Positions 10,560 to 22,800 are shown, counted from the first letter of the stretch. The stretch: DNA of 64,000 nt from Desulfatiglandales bacterium (GCA_963667015.2 CAXXJJ010000001.1:1088001-1152000), one strand, 5' to 3'. Notes: generated from the letters alone by a model not told the origin. Made by a program: numbers and translations.

Positions 10560-11798
10560 ATGAGAAAATTTTATTATTTTATGATTGTATTTGCCGGTAT
10601 TATGATTTTATCAGGATGTTCTCAATCTGAACGGGACTACAGGGCTGAAGCCATGAAAATTCATGAAGAGATATTTACAATCGATACTCATATTGATACG
10701 CCAATGCTCATGGTGAATGAGGGATGGAGCATTGCTGAAGATCACTCCCTGGAGGATGGTTCCAGAAGTTGTGTTGATCTTCCGCGTATGAAAAAAGGCG
10801 GTCTTGATGCAGCTTTCTTTGCGGTTTTCGTTGCTCAACAGGAGCGAACACCGGAAAACTATAGACACGCACAGGAAGAAGCGGCAAACATGGTAAATGC
10901 ACTGAATATCATGTGTGAAAAAAATCCCTCGGTTATCCGGTTTGCATATACCCCGGAACAGGCATTTTCAAATAAACAGGATAAATATTTAACCGCCTTT
11001 ATGGGCCTTGAAAACGGCTTTCCTGTTGCCATGGATATTTCAAATATAAAAAAATACTATGACATGGGCATCCGGTATATCACCCTTTGTCATACAAAAA
11101 ATAACGATATCTGTGATTCTTCCAATGATAAGACGGAACACGGCGGATTGAGTGAATTCGGAAAAAAGGTCGTAAAAAAGATGAATGAACTGGGTATGAT
11201 TATCGATGTTTCACATATTTCAGATAAATCTTTTTTTGATGTGATTGAATTGAGCACCGCTCCGGTTGTAGCCAGCCATTCCAGTGTCCGTGCTGTTTGT
11301 GATCATCCCCGCAACATGACCGATGAAATGCTTCTCAAGCTGAAGGAAAAAGGCGGCGTTGTTCAGATGTGTATTCTTGATGATTACGTAAAAACTCCGC
11401 CGGAAAACAAAGAACGGGATGAGGAATATGCCTCACTGGAAAAGAAATACGGCAAATGGAGTGAAATAAAAGACAGGGCAATCATCGAAAAATATATGGC
11501 CGACTGGTCGGCAATCAAGGCCGGATATCCAGGGGACATGGCAACTGTAAAGGACTTCGTGGATCATATTGATCATGCAGTCAATCTGATCGGTATAGAC
11601 TTCGTGGGTATTGGTACTGACTTTGACGGAGGAGGCGGTCTGAGGGACTGCCGGGATGCCTCGGAATTGCCTAATATTACAGCTGAACTGCTGCGGCGCG
11701 GCTACAGTAAAGATGACCTGCGTAAGATATGGGGTGGAAATTTTATGAGAGTTTTTAAACAGATCATCGCACAGGGACTGGGAGGAGAAGATCTGTAG
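10560..11798 (+). CDS. Membrane (renal-type, M19) dipeptidase lipoprotein
   Basis: Lipobox LSGC; DTHID, GLENG, IDVSH, ASHSS, HPRN, GIGTDFDGG, GGNFMRV motifs. Confidence 0.92.
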   Translation: MRKFYYFMIVFAGIMILSGCSQSERDYRAEAMKIHEEIFTIDTHIDTPMLMVNEGWSIAEDHSLEDGSRSCVDLPRMKKGGLDAAFFAVFVAQQERTPENYRHAQEEAANMVNALNIMCEKNPSVIRFAYTPEQAFSNKQDKYLTAFMGLENGFPVAMDISNIKKYYDMGIRYITLCHTKNNDICDSSNDKTEHGGLSEFGKKVVKKMNELGMIIDVSHISDKSFFDVIELSTAPVVASHSSVRAVCDHPRNMTDEMLLKLKEKGGVVQMCILDDYVKTPPENKERDEEYASLEKKYGKWSEIKDRAIIEKYMADWSAIKAGYPGDMATVKDFVDHIDHAVNLIGIDFVGIGTDFDGGGGLRDCRDASELPNITAELLRRGYSKDDLRKIWGGNFMRVFKQIIAQGLGGEDL

Positions 11799-12029
11799 AA
11801 TATATTGAGGAATACAGGATTTGCCCCATTCCCATTGTATTAGCTGAGTGTATAATATCAGATTTACCGTATCAAGATTTTATTTGTAACCATACTTTTA
11901 AATATTCGTTTATATCTGTGGTGGAGCTTATTCAGATTATAACAGGCGTAATTATTTAATCTGGCAGAGGTTTTTAGGAGCAATTGCTACAGATTTTCTT
12001 GATTTAAGGTATTTAAAGGAGGGATTAAA

Positions 12030-13265
12030 ATGAGCAAGTTAATGGCAGGTGCAAGATTATTACTTTTATCCTGTATTGCGGTTGCAGGGTTATTGTCAAT
12101 CGTAGCCAGTGGTGGCGGAGGAGATGACAGTACTGCAAACATTTCTATAGACACAGGAACCCTGTCCATAGAACTGACTGATGCCTCGACCGACGAGTAC
12201 AAGGCTGTATATGTAACAATAAAAGAGGTCCAGGTCCATCATGCGGACGGCGAATGGGAAACAATCGGCTATCCGGGTGATGATGAAGAGACCGGCAAGA
12301 CATACAATCTGCTTGAACTTGTTAACGGCGTTGCGGAACAGCTGGTATCAGAAGAGCTGGAACCGGGCAACTTCACGCAGATGCGGCTGATCCTGAGTGA
12401 TGTATCTGATGGCGGAACCAATATCCTTGATAATGTCCATCCTTATGCAAATTATATTATTGACAGTGAAGACAGCGAAGAGGAGCTGAAAGTCCCGAGC
12501 GGGTTTGAGAGCGGTATCAAACTGGTTCACCCTTTTACCATCAGTAATGGAGGGACAACCGAACTGGTTCTGGATTTTGATGCTCAGAGATCAGTTCACA
12601 GGGCAGGTAATAAATATATCCTTAAGCCAACCATAAAGGTTATTGATACAACGGTGTCTTCTGCCACTGTCAGCGGATCGGTCACAAGTGTATCCGGAGA
12701 TGAAACCGTTGCCATGGAAGGCGTCACTGTAAGCGTCCAGTATTATAATGAGGATGATAAACTGATAATTCAGTCTTCAACCATTACAGATGAAGAAGGT
12801 AATTACAGGATGATTTTACCTGAAGATATTCCTTACCATATTGTAGCCTATACAGACGGTTATGCCCCTTCATGTATCGCGGATGTTGTTTTAGGGGCAG
12901 GTGATAATCTTACAGATCAGGATTTCATACTGGCTGCTGCTGATACAGGCACTGTTTCAGGGACTGTTTATATTGATAATGGCGCTGAGGACGACAGCGC
13001 TGTTTTGAGTTTCAGACAGGATTGCAGCGGGGCAGTTATTGAAGTAAAGGCCGTTAATGTCGGGTATGATGCAGAAGCGGAAAATGGAACCTTCAGCGGT
13101 GTAATACTCTCCGTTGGTACCTATGCTGGTATTGCCTCAAGCGATATTGCAGATCCTGAAGAAGCTGAAAGAGATGATCAGGAAATCACCGTTGTTGATA
13201 GCGCTGATATTGTAGTGACAGCTGGAGCGGATACAGTACTGGATGATATTACATTTACTGATTAG
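12030..13265 (+). CDS. Exported acidic protein, DUF4382-like domain plus carboxypeptidase-regulatory-like beta-sandwich
   Basis: GTLSIELTDA...VYVTI, LKVPSG..SGIKL, LVLDFDA..S, YILKPTIK pattern; TITDEEGNY motif. Confidence 0.75.
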   Translation: MSKLMAGARLLLLSCIAVAGLLSIVASGGGGDDSTANISIDTGTLSIELTDASTDEYKAVYVTIKEVQVHHADGEWETIGYPGDDEETGKTYNLLELVNGVAEQLVSEELEPGNFTQMRLILSDVSDGGTNILDNVHPYANYIIDSEDSEEELKVPSGFESGIKLVHPFTISNGGTTELVLDFDAQRSVHRAGNKYILKPTIKVIDTTVSSATVSGSVTSVSGDETVAMEGVTVSVQYYNEDDKLIIQSSTITDEEGNYRMILPEDIPYHIVAYTDGYAPSCIADVVLGAGDNLTDQDFILAAADTGTVSGTVYIDNGAEDDSAVLSFRQDCSGAVIEVKAVNVGYDAEAENGTFSGVILSVGTYAGIASSDIADPEEAERDDQEITVVDSADIVVTAGADTVLDDITFTD

Positions 13266-13390
13266 TGACCAGCTCTTTTGCGATTTAGTTTTGATAAATT
13301 TTCGGTCTATGTTAAAGTTATTTCGCTTTAAACACTTAAATAGCGTTGGTTGATAATAAAGAATAATATTCATGAAAGGGATAAAAAAAG

Positions 13391-14041
13391 ATGAAAAAAA
13401 CGGTTATTGTATTTTTACTGTGTGTTGCGCTTGCCTGGATAGTATCAGGATGTGCAATGGAAACCAGACAGCAGAAAGGGACCGGATCAGGCGCTGCCAT
13501 TGGAGCAGGTGTTGGAGCTTTACTGGGGCAGGTAATTGGCGGTGATACCGAATCAACTCTTCTCGGGGCAGGTATTGGAGCTGTTCTGGGAGGCATAGCA
13601 GGAAATCAGATCGGAGCCTATATGGACAGGCAGGAAGCCGAACTGCAGCAGGCAATCGCAAGTTCTGAGGCGGCTTCAATAAGGCGGGATCAGGATGTCC
13701 TGACCGCTACATTTAAATCAGGTGTTATGTTTGATTATGATTCTGCTAACTTAAAACCCGGCGGTCAGAGCGAGATTGCAAGGGTGGCGACAGTATTAAA
13801 CAAATATCCTCAGACAATGCTGAGGGTTGAGGGGCATACTGACACCAAAGGATCGGAAGAATACAATCAGAAGCTATCCGAAAGACGGGCAGAGTCGGTT
13901 AAAAATGCCCTGATCCAGCAGGGAGTAAATTCACAGAGAATCACCACTGTTGGTTTTGGAGAGTCTCAGCCAATATCATCCGACGATGCAACAAATCGAA
14001 GGGTAAATATTGTAATTACACCCATTGTAGCCCAGGGCTAG
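13391..14041 (+). CDS. OmpA-family lipoprotein with glycine zipper
   Basis: Lipobox VSGC, GAAIGAGVGA zipper, VEGHTD, YNQKLSERRAESV, NRRV. Confidence 0.93.
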   Translation: MKKTVIVFLLCVALAWIVSGCAMETRQQKGTGSGAAIGAGVGALLGQVIGGDTESTLLGAGIGAVLGGIAGNQIGAYMDRQEAELQQAIASSEAASIRRDQDVLTATFKSGVMFDYDSANLKPGGQSEIARVATVLNKYPQTMLRVEGHTDTKGSEEYNQKLSERRAESVKNALIQQGVNSQRITTVGFGESQPISSDDATNRRVNIVITPIVAQG

Positions 14042-14100
14042 CAATAGAGCTTATTAAAAATCCGGTGTCTGTTTAATGGATTTTACCAGGTTTTTTTTCG

Positions 14101-14135
14101 AATGCCCTGCATCTCGTGCAGGGCATTTTGTTTTT
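14101..14135 (+). terminator. Intrinsic terminator after the OmpA-like gene
   Basis: AATGCCCTGCA-TCTCG-TGCAGGGCATT followed by a T-rich tract. Confidence 0.75.
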
Positions 14136-14318
14136 CCTTTCAAATCTCAGACAGATCCTCATGATAATTCTGATCAGAATTTCGTTTGACATACAACAGG
14201 TGATTATCTATAGTCCGGCCTTTGATAAAATATACTGTTAAATCAATGGGTAATGTTAGTCGCCTGGTTTTCTGTCAGGTTTTAATAAATAAATTATGAA
14301 AGATTCCTGTATATAATT

Positions 14319-15605
14319 ATGTCCGGAGATGTCGTATACATAGACGCTAGAAAGCCTGAAAATAAGACGGCGCGGCGCCTTGTCACTGGCGAGCAGTTTG
14401 AAGAGGGCGGAATGTCAGTGCTCATGGAGGCAATAGATACAAACCTGCTGCGAAGGATTGCCATGAAAGTCATGCGGGATGACAAAGTAAAGGATGAGTA
14501 TGAACTGAGCCGTATGGTAGTGGAGGCACAGGTTACCGCTCAGCTAGACCATCCTAATATCATCCCCATATACGAACTCGGACTGGATAAGAAGAAACGC
14601 CTGTTTTTTACCATGAAGAAGGTCAGGGGTAAGGCACTCTATCAGCTTATCAATGAAAAAGATCTTGCCTCTAGGACCGACAAGGAAATCCTGAGTCTTG
14701 TACAGATCATGCTCAAGGTCTGTGATGCGGTTTCCTATGCGCACAGTAAAGGTGTTATCCACAGAGACCTTAAACCCGATAATGTCATGGTTGGCAATTT
14801 CGGTCAGGTATACCTGATGGACTGGGGCATTGCCCGTCTCAAAGGCAACAGAGTTTCAGCTATTGCGGACATGAATCTGCCTGAAATAAAAAAACGTAAA
14901 CAATACAGCATACGTGAAGAGGCCCAGGGCAATATCTTTGGAACCCCATGCTATATGTCACCGGAACAGGCCCGGGGTGACCTTGAGGATGTTGATGAGC
15001 GCAGTGATATTTTTTCTCTCGGGGCAATCCTTTATGAGATTCTCACAGGTATGCACCCTATACCAGGAGAATCGCTGCGTGATATGGTCATCAATGCAAG
15101 GATATGTGATATCCAGTCTCCTGACGAAAGAGTTGATTTCCCGCTTCCCCTCGGGCTGATCAGGATTACCATGAAGGCCATGAGCAGGGAGCCTGCAGAC
15201 AGATATCAAACGGTTGAGGATCTTAAAAATGATCTTGAGGATTTTCTGGAAGGGAGTGAGCGGTTTCCCGGAAGAACCTATAAACCAGGTGCCTTGATTG
15301 TTCGCGAGGGTGATACGGGAAATGAGGCATATATCATCAGATCCGGAGAATGCCGGGCATTTAAGACCATAAATGATGAGAAGGTTGAACTCCGTATAAT
15401 GGGCGTTGGGGATGTCTTCGGGGAAACAGCCATATTAACAGATAAACCCAGGTCTGCAAGTGTCGAGGCAGTTGACAATGTAACAGTTGCGGTAATCAAG
15501 AGCCAGTATTTTGAAGAAGAACTGCAGGCGGGCTCGTGGCTGGGGCCATTTATACGCACACTGGCCGAACGCTTCAGAGAGGCAGATCATAAGGCAAACA
15601 GTTAA
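14319..15605 (+). CDS. Hanks-type Ser/Thr protein kinase with C-terminal cyclic-nucleotide-binding domain
   Basis: IAMK, HPNI, HRDLKPDN, DWG, GTPCYMSPEQ; C-terminal IVREGD, GDVFGETA, PRSASV. Confidence 0.92.
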   Translation: MSGDVVYIDARKPENKTARRLVTGEQFEEGGMSVLMEAIDTNLLRRIAMKVMRDDKVKDEYELSRMVVEAQVTAQLDHPNIIPIYELGLDKKKRLFFTMKKVRGKALYQLINEKDLASRTDKEILSLVQIMLKVCDAVSYAHSKGVIHRDLKPDNVMVGNFGQVYLMDWGIARLKGNRVSAIADMNLPEIKKRKQYSIREEAQGNIFGTPCYMSPEQARGDLEDVDERSDIFSLGAILYEILTGMHPIPGESLRDMVINARICDIQSPDERVDFPLPLGLIRITMKAMSREPADRYQTVEDLKNDLEDFLEGSERFPGRTYKPGALIVREGDTGNEAYIIRSGECRAFKTINDEKVELRIMGVGDVFGETAILTDKPRSASVEAVDNVTVAVIKSQYFEEELQAGSWLGPFIRTLAERFREADHKANS

Positions 15606-15615
15606 TTTGATATTG

Positions 15616-17529
15616 CTATTTATTATTCCTGAATCCCATAAAGCTTCTTCCCTCTTCAGGTATGCCTGCCTTTTTAAGCAGATCCTTATGGAAACGGGTT
15701 ATTGCCTCATCTTCCTGAGGCCCAGGGGAATATGTCCGGAGTGAAAAGAACGGAGCAATCCTGCGGATTTCCTCGGCGTGAAATCGGGCTTGCTCCATTT
15801 GATTTTCGTAGGTATAGATCAGGGCCAGGTATAGATGTGCAAGAAAATTGTTCTGATTCGGCGGGGCCAGTGCATTCCTGAGGTATCCTTTTGCTTTTTC
15901 CAGATTTGAGAATCCTTTTTCTGTTGGATGAGAACAGGCAATAGCCAAATAGACAAAATGCTGGCTTTCCGGACGCGGATCAATCTTTAATCCGGCCTCA
16001 TATTTCTCTACAGCCTCATCGTATTTTTTTTGACGGAAAAGGGTAAAAGCAGCGCCAAAATAGGCATTTTTTGAGCCGGGTGAAACCGCAATCCATTCTT
16101 TATAAAAACCTAGCGCAGCTTCAAGATCGTTTTGAGAAATCTTGATCTGTCCTTTAATGCCCAGGCTTGCCCCTTTATCTATATTTTCAACTTCAGATGC
16201 TGCATCCTGAGCATCCTGGAGATATTTTTCAGATTCGCTGTCCTTATAACTGCTGAGTGCGATTAGTATGGAACCCTTCATGTAGTAAACCCATGGATCA
16301 GGTTCAATGCTGATTAGTTTATCCGCCAGCTCAAGCGCTGCTTTAAGTCTCTCCATTCTTCGGTGATCAAATGGTCCTGTTTTGTAGTAACGGTATAGCA
16401 GATAAAATGTTTCTGTATATTCTATATTATCCCTTTTGACCGGAAGGAAATCCTGGGGCTGATTCATATCAATCAATCTAGTACGAATCTCTCTGAATAT
16501 GCGCCACATTATATCAATGGGACTATCATTGATTTCGCGATCATAGGCTTCGGTCCAGATGTTGTATCCCTGTGCAGCTTCAACCAGTCGTGCAGTTATT
16601 CTGACTCTGTTATTATCCCACTTGACTGCACCTTCCAGTGTATAACGTATACCTGTATTCTCTGTTTTTTCGGATTCAGATGCAGATTCACGCGTTATGA
16701 CCCTCAAATCAGGATGTTTTGATAAACCCATTATTATTTCGTCTGTCAAACTTTTACTGAAATTACCCAGCTTTTTATCATCGCTAAGGTTGTCAAAGGG
16801 TAAAACAGTGATCGAGATTATATTCGGCAGTGTAAAGGCCATCCTGTCCAATGATGTCAGCTCCATTTCCCATGACCTGTGATTGAAGAAAATCCAGGTT
16901 ATGGATCCCGCGGCAGAAAGGAAAAGAACAATAATTGCAGCCATGGCTATTCTGCGGTGGATACTGCCCGGCAACCTTTTTTTGCCTGTTAATTTTACTG
17001 CATTCTCTGCTCCTGTAAGTAAACGATATACACGTACAGGATCGCTTATATTTTTTAGATTATGTTTTCCCAGGTATTCATAACTGAGTTTTGTTTTTAC
17101 CTGGTCATATGCACTTCCTGAAATGCAAATGCCTCCCGGTTCTGCGAGGCCTTCGATTCGTGCAGCTATGTTGACGCCGTCACCATATATCCGTCCGTCT
17201 TCGTCCACAACATCGCCCAGGTTGATACCGATGCGGAAATCCATCCGGCTTTTTTCCGATAAGCGGGAGTTTTTTATCTGCAGTTTATTCTGAATATCTA
17301 CCGCACAATCAACTGCATTGATAACGCTGCCGAATTCGGCAAGAATGTTATCTCCCGGGGCATCAACTACACGGCCGTCATATTCCTGTACCAGCCCGCC
17401 TATAAGCTTTTTATTTTCCTCAAGGCATTGAATGGTGAATTCTTCATCTTCTGCTATAAGCCGGCTGTAGCCCACAACATCTGCGCTGAGGATGCCGCTG
17501 AGTTTGCGTTTAGTGCGTTCTTGATTCAT
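15616..17529 (-). CDS. Class III nucleotidyl cyclase - TM - TolB-N-like - TPR protein
   Basis: ADVVGYS, PGDN, FRIGINLGDV, YGDGVNIAARIE, LKNI; one TM; SITVLPFDNLS; C-terminal TPRs. Confidence 0.9.
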   Translation of the reverse strand: MNQERTKRKLSGILSADVVGYSRLIAEDEEFTIQCLEENKKLIGGLVQEYDGRVVDAPGDNILAEFGSVINAVDCAVDIQNKLQIKNSRLSEKSRMDFRIGINLGDVVDEDGRIYGDGVNIAARIEGLAEPGGICISGSAYDQVKTKLSYEYLGKHNLKNISDPVRVYRLLTGAENAVKLTGKKRLPGSIHRRIAMAAIIVLFLSAAGSITWIFFNHRSWEMELTSLDRMAFTLPNIISITVLPFDNLSDDKKLGNFSKSLTDEIIMGLSKHPDLRVITRESASESEKTENTGIRYTLEGAVKWDNNRVRITARLVEAAQGYNIWTEAYDREINDSPIDIMWRIFREIRTRLIDMNQPQDFLPVKRDNIEYTETFYLLYRYYKTGPFDHRRMERLKAALELADKLISIEPDPWVYYMKGSILIALSSYKDSESEKYLQDAQDAASEVENIDKGASLGIKGQIKISQNDLEAALGFYKEWIAVSPGSKNAYFGAAFTLFRQKKYDEAVEKYEAGLKIDPRPESQHFVYLAIACSHPTEKGFSNLEKAKGYLRNALAPPNQNNFLAHLYLALIYTYENQMEQARFHAEEIRRIAPFFSLRTYSPGPQEDEAITRFHKDLLKKAGIPEEGRSFMGFRNNK

Positions 17530-17872
17530 GTATCCTCTTTCTTGACTGATCAGGCTATTTGTTTCGGATGAATGTAATGAATACTTACTGGTGTATCGTT
17601 TGTAGAAGCTTTATTTTTTCAGGATGATAGCTAATAAAGCGCGGTATGTCAAAATGTGTTTAAGGCTTATAAAAACTGGCAGATTCAGATTCTGATGCGC
17701 AGGTTTTTAAAAATCTCTCCCGGAGTTTATATCAATGGTTTCAGACAGGGTATAACCTTAAACTTTGGTATGTTTTGCCATTCTTAGGTTAATGTGACCA
17801 CATCAAAGTGATGTTTGAAGGATTGCTTTTATCCTGAGCCAGTATAACATGTTGATATTATAGTGTATTTAA

Positions 17873-18694
17873 CTATTCCCAGCTGATATTTTTACTTTCC
17901 AGAAAGTTTTTTGCCTTTTCATTTCCCAATCTGGCAGCCTGTTTATAATCGTTAACAGCCTCCTCTTTTTTTGACATGGCATGATAAAGTTCCGCTCTCT
18001 GGAAGTAAACCTCTGAAAAACCGGGATAGAGATCGAGCGCGTCTTCGTATGCTTCAAGAGCTTCCTCTGAATCTTTTAAGATTTCCGACAGGATACCTTC
18101 TTTAAAATAATTGGTCGCTTTAACTACGTTAACGGCCCTGTCATATTCGTCCTGTTTGCTTTTACTGTATGGATTGTTCTGTAATTGCCTGATGGTATCA
18201 AATGCGTCATCAGCCCGTTTCTGGCCCTTTTTAATTATTGTTAACAGTTTGCTGTCATTGGATACAGCACATAAAATTTTTGCATAATAAGATATTGAAA
18301 TACCAAACGCCAGCCGGTATTCAAGAACACCATCGTCCCAGGTTGAAGAGCCTTCTTTATTATTAATAAGTGTAGAAATTAATGTGGAATAGTCTTGAGA
18401 ATCAATCGATGCCTGGGCCGGACATTCCCTGCGGTAGAAAGACATGATGTCATATTTGACAGCTTCAATTACTTCTCTTTTTAATTTCTCATGGGTAATC
18501 AACTGCGCGGATTTTTTATCATCATATTCACTTGAATTATATAGAGTTATTTTATTAATGATCTTTTTACCGGCCGGTTTGGAACCCTTTTTAGGCCCAC
18601 CTGCGCCAAACCTGCCCATTTGAGCTGAAACAGGTACGGGATTGATGCAGGCAATTGAGAGAAAAAAAATAAAAATAACTGAAACTCGAATCAT
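17873..18694 (-). CDS. Exported protein with C-terminal TPR repeats
   Basis: Signal peptide; ALEAYEDALDLYPGFSEVYFQRAELY and DYKQAARLG TPR pattern. Confidence 0.7.
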   Translation of the reverse strand: MIRVSVIFIFFLSIACINPVPVSAQMGRFGAGGPKKGSKPAGKKIINKITLYNSSEYDDKKSAQLITHEKLKREVIEAVKYDIMSFYRRECPAQASIDSQDYSTLISTLINNKEGSSTWDDGVLEYRLAFGISISYYAKILCAVSNDSKLLTIIKKGQKRADDAFDTIRQLQNNPYSKSKQDEYDRAVNVVKATNYFKEGILSEILKDSEEALEAYEDALDLYPGFSEVYFQRAELYHAMSKKEEAVNDYKQAARLGNEKAKNFLESKNISWE

Positions 18695-19887
18695 ATGGCC
18701 CTCCTATAATTTGAGTCGGTTTAGATGAATATTAAATTTTTTAAATCTGTATCGTTTTAAATGTCTTACCATTCATGAGAATTTTTTAAAGCGAACACAT
18801 TTAAGAGTTATTAATGTTTTCATATGGACAATAAAAGCAAAATAAGACTGCTGTGAGGCTTAAGTTAACAGTAAAGCCGGATAGTGTAAACATTTTGAAC
18901 ATAAAAGGATAAGTCTTGTGTGTCAAGGTAAATGATATGCTCCTCTGCTGATCAATTTGATCGGAAACTTAATGCCGGTTTATCATGCATATTGCAAACA
19001 GGAGAAATCCTGTTCCGAGAGGTTCATAATCAGGTAATTTTATATGATTCAGGCCATAGATTCTTAGGAGATAAGCCGTTGTACCGATTTTTATCCAAAT
19101 GGTGCTGAAAGCGATTTTTTTAAACGTAAAAACCAGATCTTTGCATCTAAAATAACTTGACAATAATATTTTTTCATGACACTTTACATGCCATTATCCA
19201 ATTTTTTTTTCATCAAAAATCAATCTAATTTGTCAAGTTTTCGCTTTTGTTTGTCAAGCTTTTTATCGGTAGTAACGTTTGTTCCGTTTTGCATATAGTT
19301 TATGTGATTTATGTGGACTGATCTATATTATGGGCTGATGAATTGTCTTTTAAGTTTCTTAGACAGGTATAATAAGTTTTAAAATATTTTAACCGGATTT
19401 TATCATTTATTACGGGCGAGAAACATCTTCATGGTATCTCACTGAAATTTTAAATAAGAAATTTATTATTTCTTTTTTCATAATTTTAAGTTGGCATTGC
19501 GGATAAATTAGATTGATTGATCTGCAATTTAATCATTTCATTTAAGCTAAAATTAATAATTATTTTTTACGAAAATAAGCCTTATTTATAGATGTAAAGA
19601 GTTTTATTGATAGAAACTAAACAGGCGTTTTTTCATGTAATGCATGCAGGGGATTTGTGAGGTGGCGGTCAGGTAACCGGCCGTTCCACCTTGATTAAGT
19701 CCCGCTTAAATATTGAACTGCTTTTCAAAAATAAAGATAACAATATATTAAGTAAAAGGAGGGGATATCGTTTGCCCAAGTGGTTTTCTGTTCAGGTTTT
19801 TAGGAGGTTAAAGCTATAACCGCTGTTATTATGATTATGCATATTGGCAGCCTAAGGTGTTATTTCCTAAATTGAAAGGAGGAAGGA

Positions 19888-22800
19888 ATGAAATTGAAAA
19901 AGCTTAAAAATCTAAAGTTCAGTTTTATGTCAATTGTGGCCTTCATGGCTATCATGTTAATCACTGGTTGTGGAGACGAGACCACCGTCGGTGAGAAAAC
20001 CGGAGGCTCTGGCAGCGGAGCTGTTCAGGAGGCTGGCTACTACGATATCGTTGGCACAGTTGTCAACGATGCCGACGATCCGATAGAGCATGTTTTTATT
20101 GATATTATAGATTTTGTTATGACTGACGGAGGCGAGGAGCCTTTTGTCGCCTCAGTCCGCTCTGACGGCAATGGAGAGTTTGGCATAAGGATACCCGGTG
20201 AAAATGCCGTAAGACAGGTAACTGTAAGATTTACCTTTCAAGATTGTGTAACCTATGTCCGGGATGTTGCGGTAACCAGGAATGACGAGGTTGACCTTGA
20301 GACTATAACTTTAACTGTAATGAGTCAAAAGACCATTGAAGACTCAACCATAGAAAACACACTGGCTGATAATGTAAGGGCTAATGCCTATGTTACAATT
20401 GGCGCTGACGCGCTGAGGTACAGTGATGGAACGACATTTACCACCGTAGTAGCAGAAGATGAAGATCCCATCACCGCGACTGTAGCTATCGGCTATGTTG
20501 ACACAACAGCTGCCCCTGGGTTGTTCCCGGATAATCTTTACAGCATGGTCAACGGTTCTTTAAAGCTTTTCTCAACCTATGGCATTCTTGAGATAAAAGT
20601 CACAACAGATGGCGGCAACACCAAGCTGAGCCTTGGAGCAGGTCAGACAGCTACTATTTCTATACCTATTGGAGAGCTTGTGAATGTTAATGACCCTGAT
20701 TTCCCTGCCACAGTCGACCTGTGGTACTATGATGAAGACGCAGCGGAATGGGTGCTGGAACAGGAAGATGGTTTAACCTATGATGCCGGCACCAGGTCTT
20801 TTACAGGAGTCGTCAGCCATTTTTCAGCATTTAACGCCGGTTACACATTTGAATCAAGGTATGTTCAAGCTGCAGTTATTGATGACAGGGGCATGACGTG
20901 TCCGTCGGAGGAGTATGATGAAGAAGACCAGTGTACGGTCGATGAGGTGCCTTACCTTCTCCCTTTACCCGGCTCCACAGTTAAAATTTTTACAGACACA
21001 TTTTCACCCTATGGTGTCTGGAATGCGACATATACTGCAGGTTCTGATGGAAAAATTCCTGACAGCATGAACCCCTCCATAGCAGGGCTTTTATATCATG
21101 ATGAAGATGGTTATTTTTTACCAGTGCCGGGTATTGGCAATTTAATGGCGTTTATGGAATATACAAACCCCACTACTGATGAGCCTGGTTCGGAAGGCCC
21201 TGATCTTATAGAATTCGAAGAGGGCAAAGCATCTCATGATTATTTATTGTCTCTTTCCACCTCCGCATATCTTGCGGGATCAGTAGAGTATGAAGATGGC
21301 GATGAGACGTTTCCCAAAAGGTTTTTCGCAATTTTTGAGTACGACCCGGAAAGTACAGACAGTCCCGCGGCAGGTGGAACTTTTGGCGGAACTATATCGT
21401 GGATAGGAATTACTACAGATGGCAAGATTGATCAGTTTAATTCTGGTGTTCTGGAAGGAACTCTTCTGGCAAATGCAGGCGCCGAAACAACTTATGCGGT
21501 GGCAAACAATGATTGGTTTAGTACTACTACATATCAGGGGGGGTTTTCTCCTGCTGTGGATGTTTATCTTGGCGGGAATCCTGTTGAAAAGGATCCGCTG
21601 TTCGGCTACCCGTTAATCACAACTGGAAAAATAGGTGACGTTACCAATTTACGAGTTGTACTTCCAAGTCCTCCGGGCGATGTTGTTTACACTCACATCA
21701 ATGGAAGCATAGTTATTCCTGATGGTGTTGATGATCCTACAAAACTATGGGTTGTTGTTGAAACAACTTTTAACGATAGGCCTATAACAGTTCGCGCCTC
21801 TGTTGACGCGGATGGCAACTGGCCTGCTGATGACGGCACATTCAATCCGTTTACTGTGCCTGGCGTAGAAGGACTTTTCATACAGGTGCCCGCTGAAGCA
21901 GATATTACAATAACTGTAGGCGATTATGTGACTAATCCATTAACTCCTAAGATCTACTATACTTATGACTACACAAGCTTGGATGAAGGTGAAGTGGGTG
22001 AGGACGGTACTATAACAACGTATACTACAGACACTTTTATACCTGCTCCAAATGCTACTATCGATGGGCAGGTAACATATAACGCAGAACTTGGGGCCGA
22101 TTTAAGGATTGTGTTTACAAAAGAAAATCCCGGAGAAGACGATACTCCTGTCACTGTTACGACCAGTGGATCAGGCAAGTTCTCGGCTAATCTGGAATTT
22201 GATACCGATTATATCATTGAAATATGGGATGATACCGATCCATTATATCCCGTTAGTATTTATTCCGATTATTACACAAGCAATCCTGACGGTGAGGTCG
22301 GTTATATCACAGACAATACTAACGATCCGGTAGTTGTTGGCTTAATACAGATTGGAGATGAATATATACCGGCAGGTTTTCCATATGATCCCATTCTTCC
22401 TGCTGGCTCTACAGGTCTCGGTGGAACCTTAATGGATAATGCAGGAGATCCTATAGCGGTTGGTACTTTCTTATACTTACAACTCCAGGGATCAACCAGT
22501 TACATATGGGGGATAGTTGGCGATGAAGACGGCACATTCTATGCTGCACCTGGTTATGTGTCAAATGGTAGACCTATCGAGCTGACTCCAGGGAGTGTAT
22601 ATTCAATAGGGACCGCGGGTCGTACAATCAATGCCGCATTCACAGCTGGCCAAGCTGGTGAAGTGCAAATAGTTAATCTCACTGATCCAGGGGAAGGGGG
22701 AACGCCATCAAATATTGCCTATATTACGGGAGCCTTAATGGATAATGCAGGAGATCCTATAGCGGTTGGTACTTTCTTATACTTACAACTCCAGGGATCA

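Noticed and set aside
19660..19690. SRP RNA (contains GGTCAGGT)
   Set aside because: Lacks the GNRA loop and GGAAGCAGC of SRP domain IV
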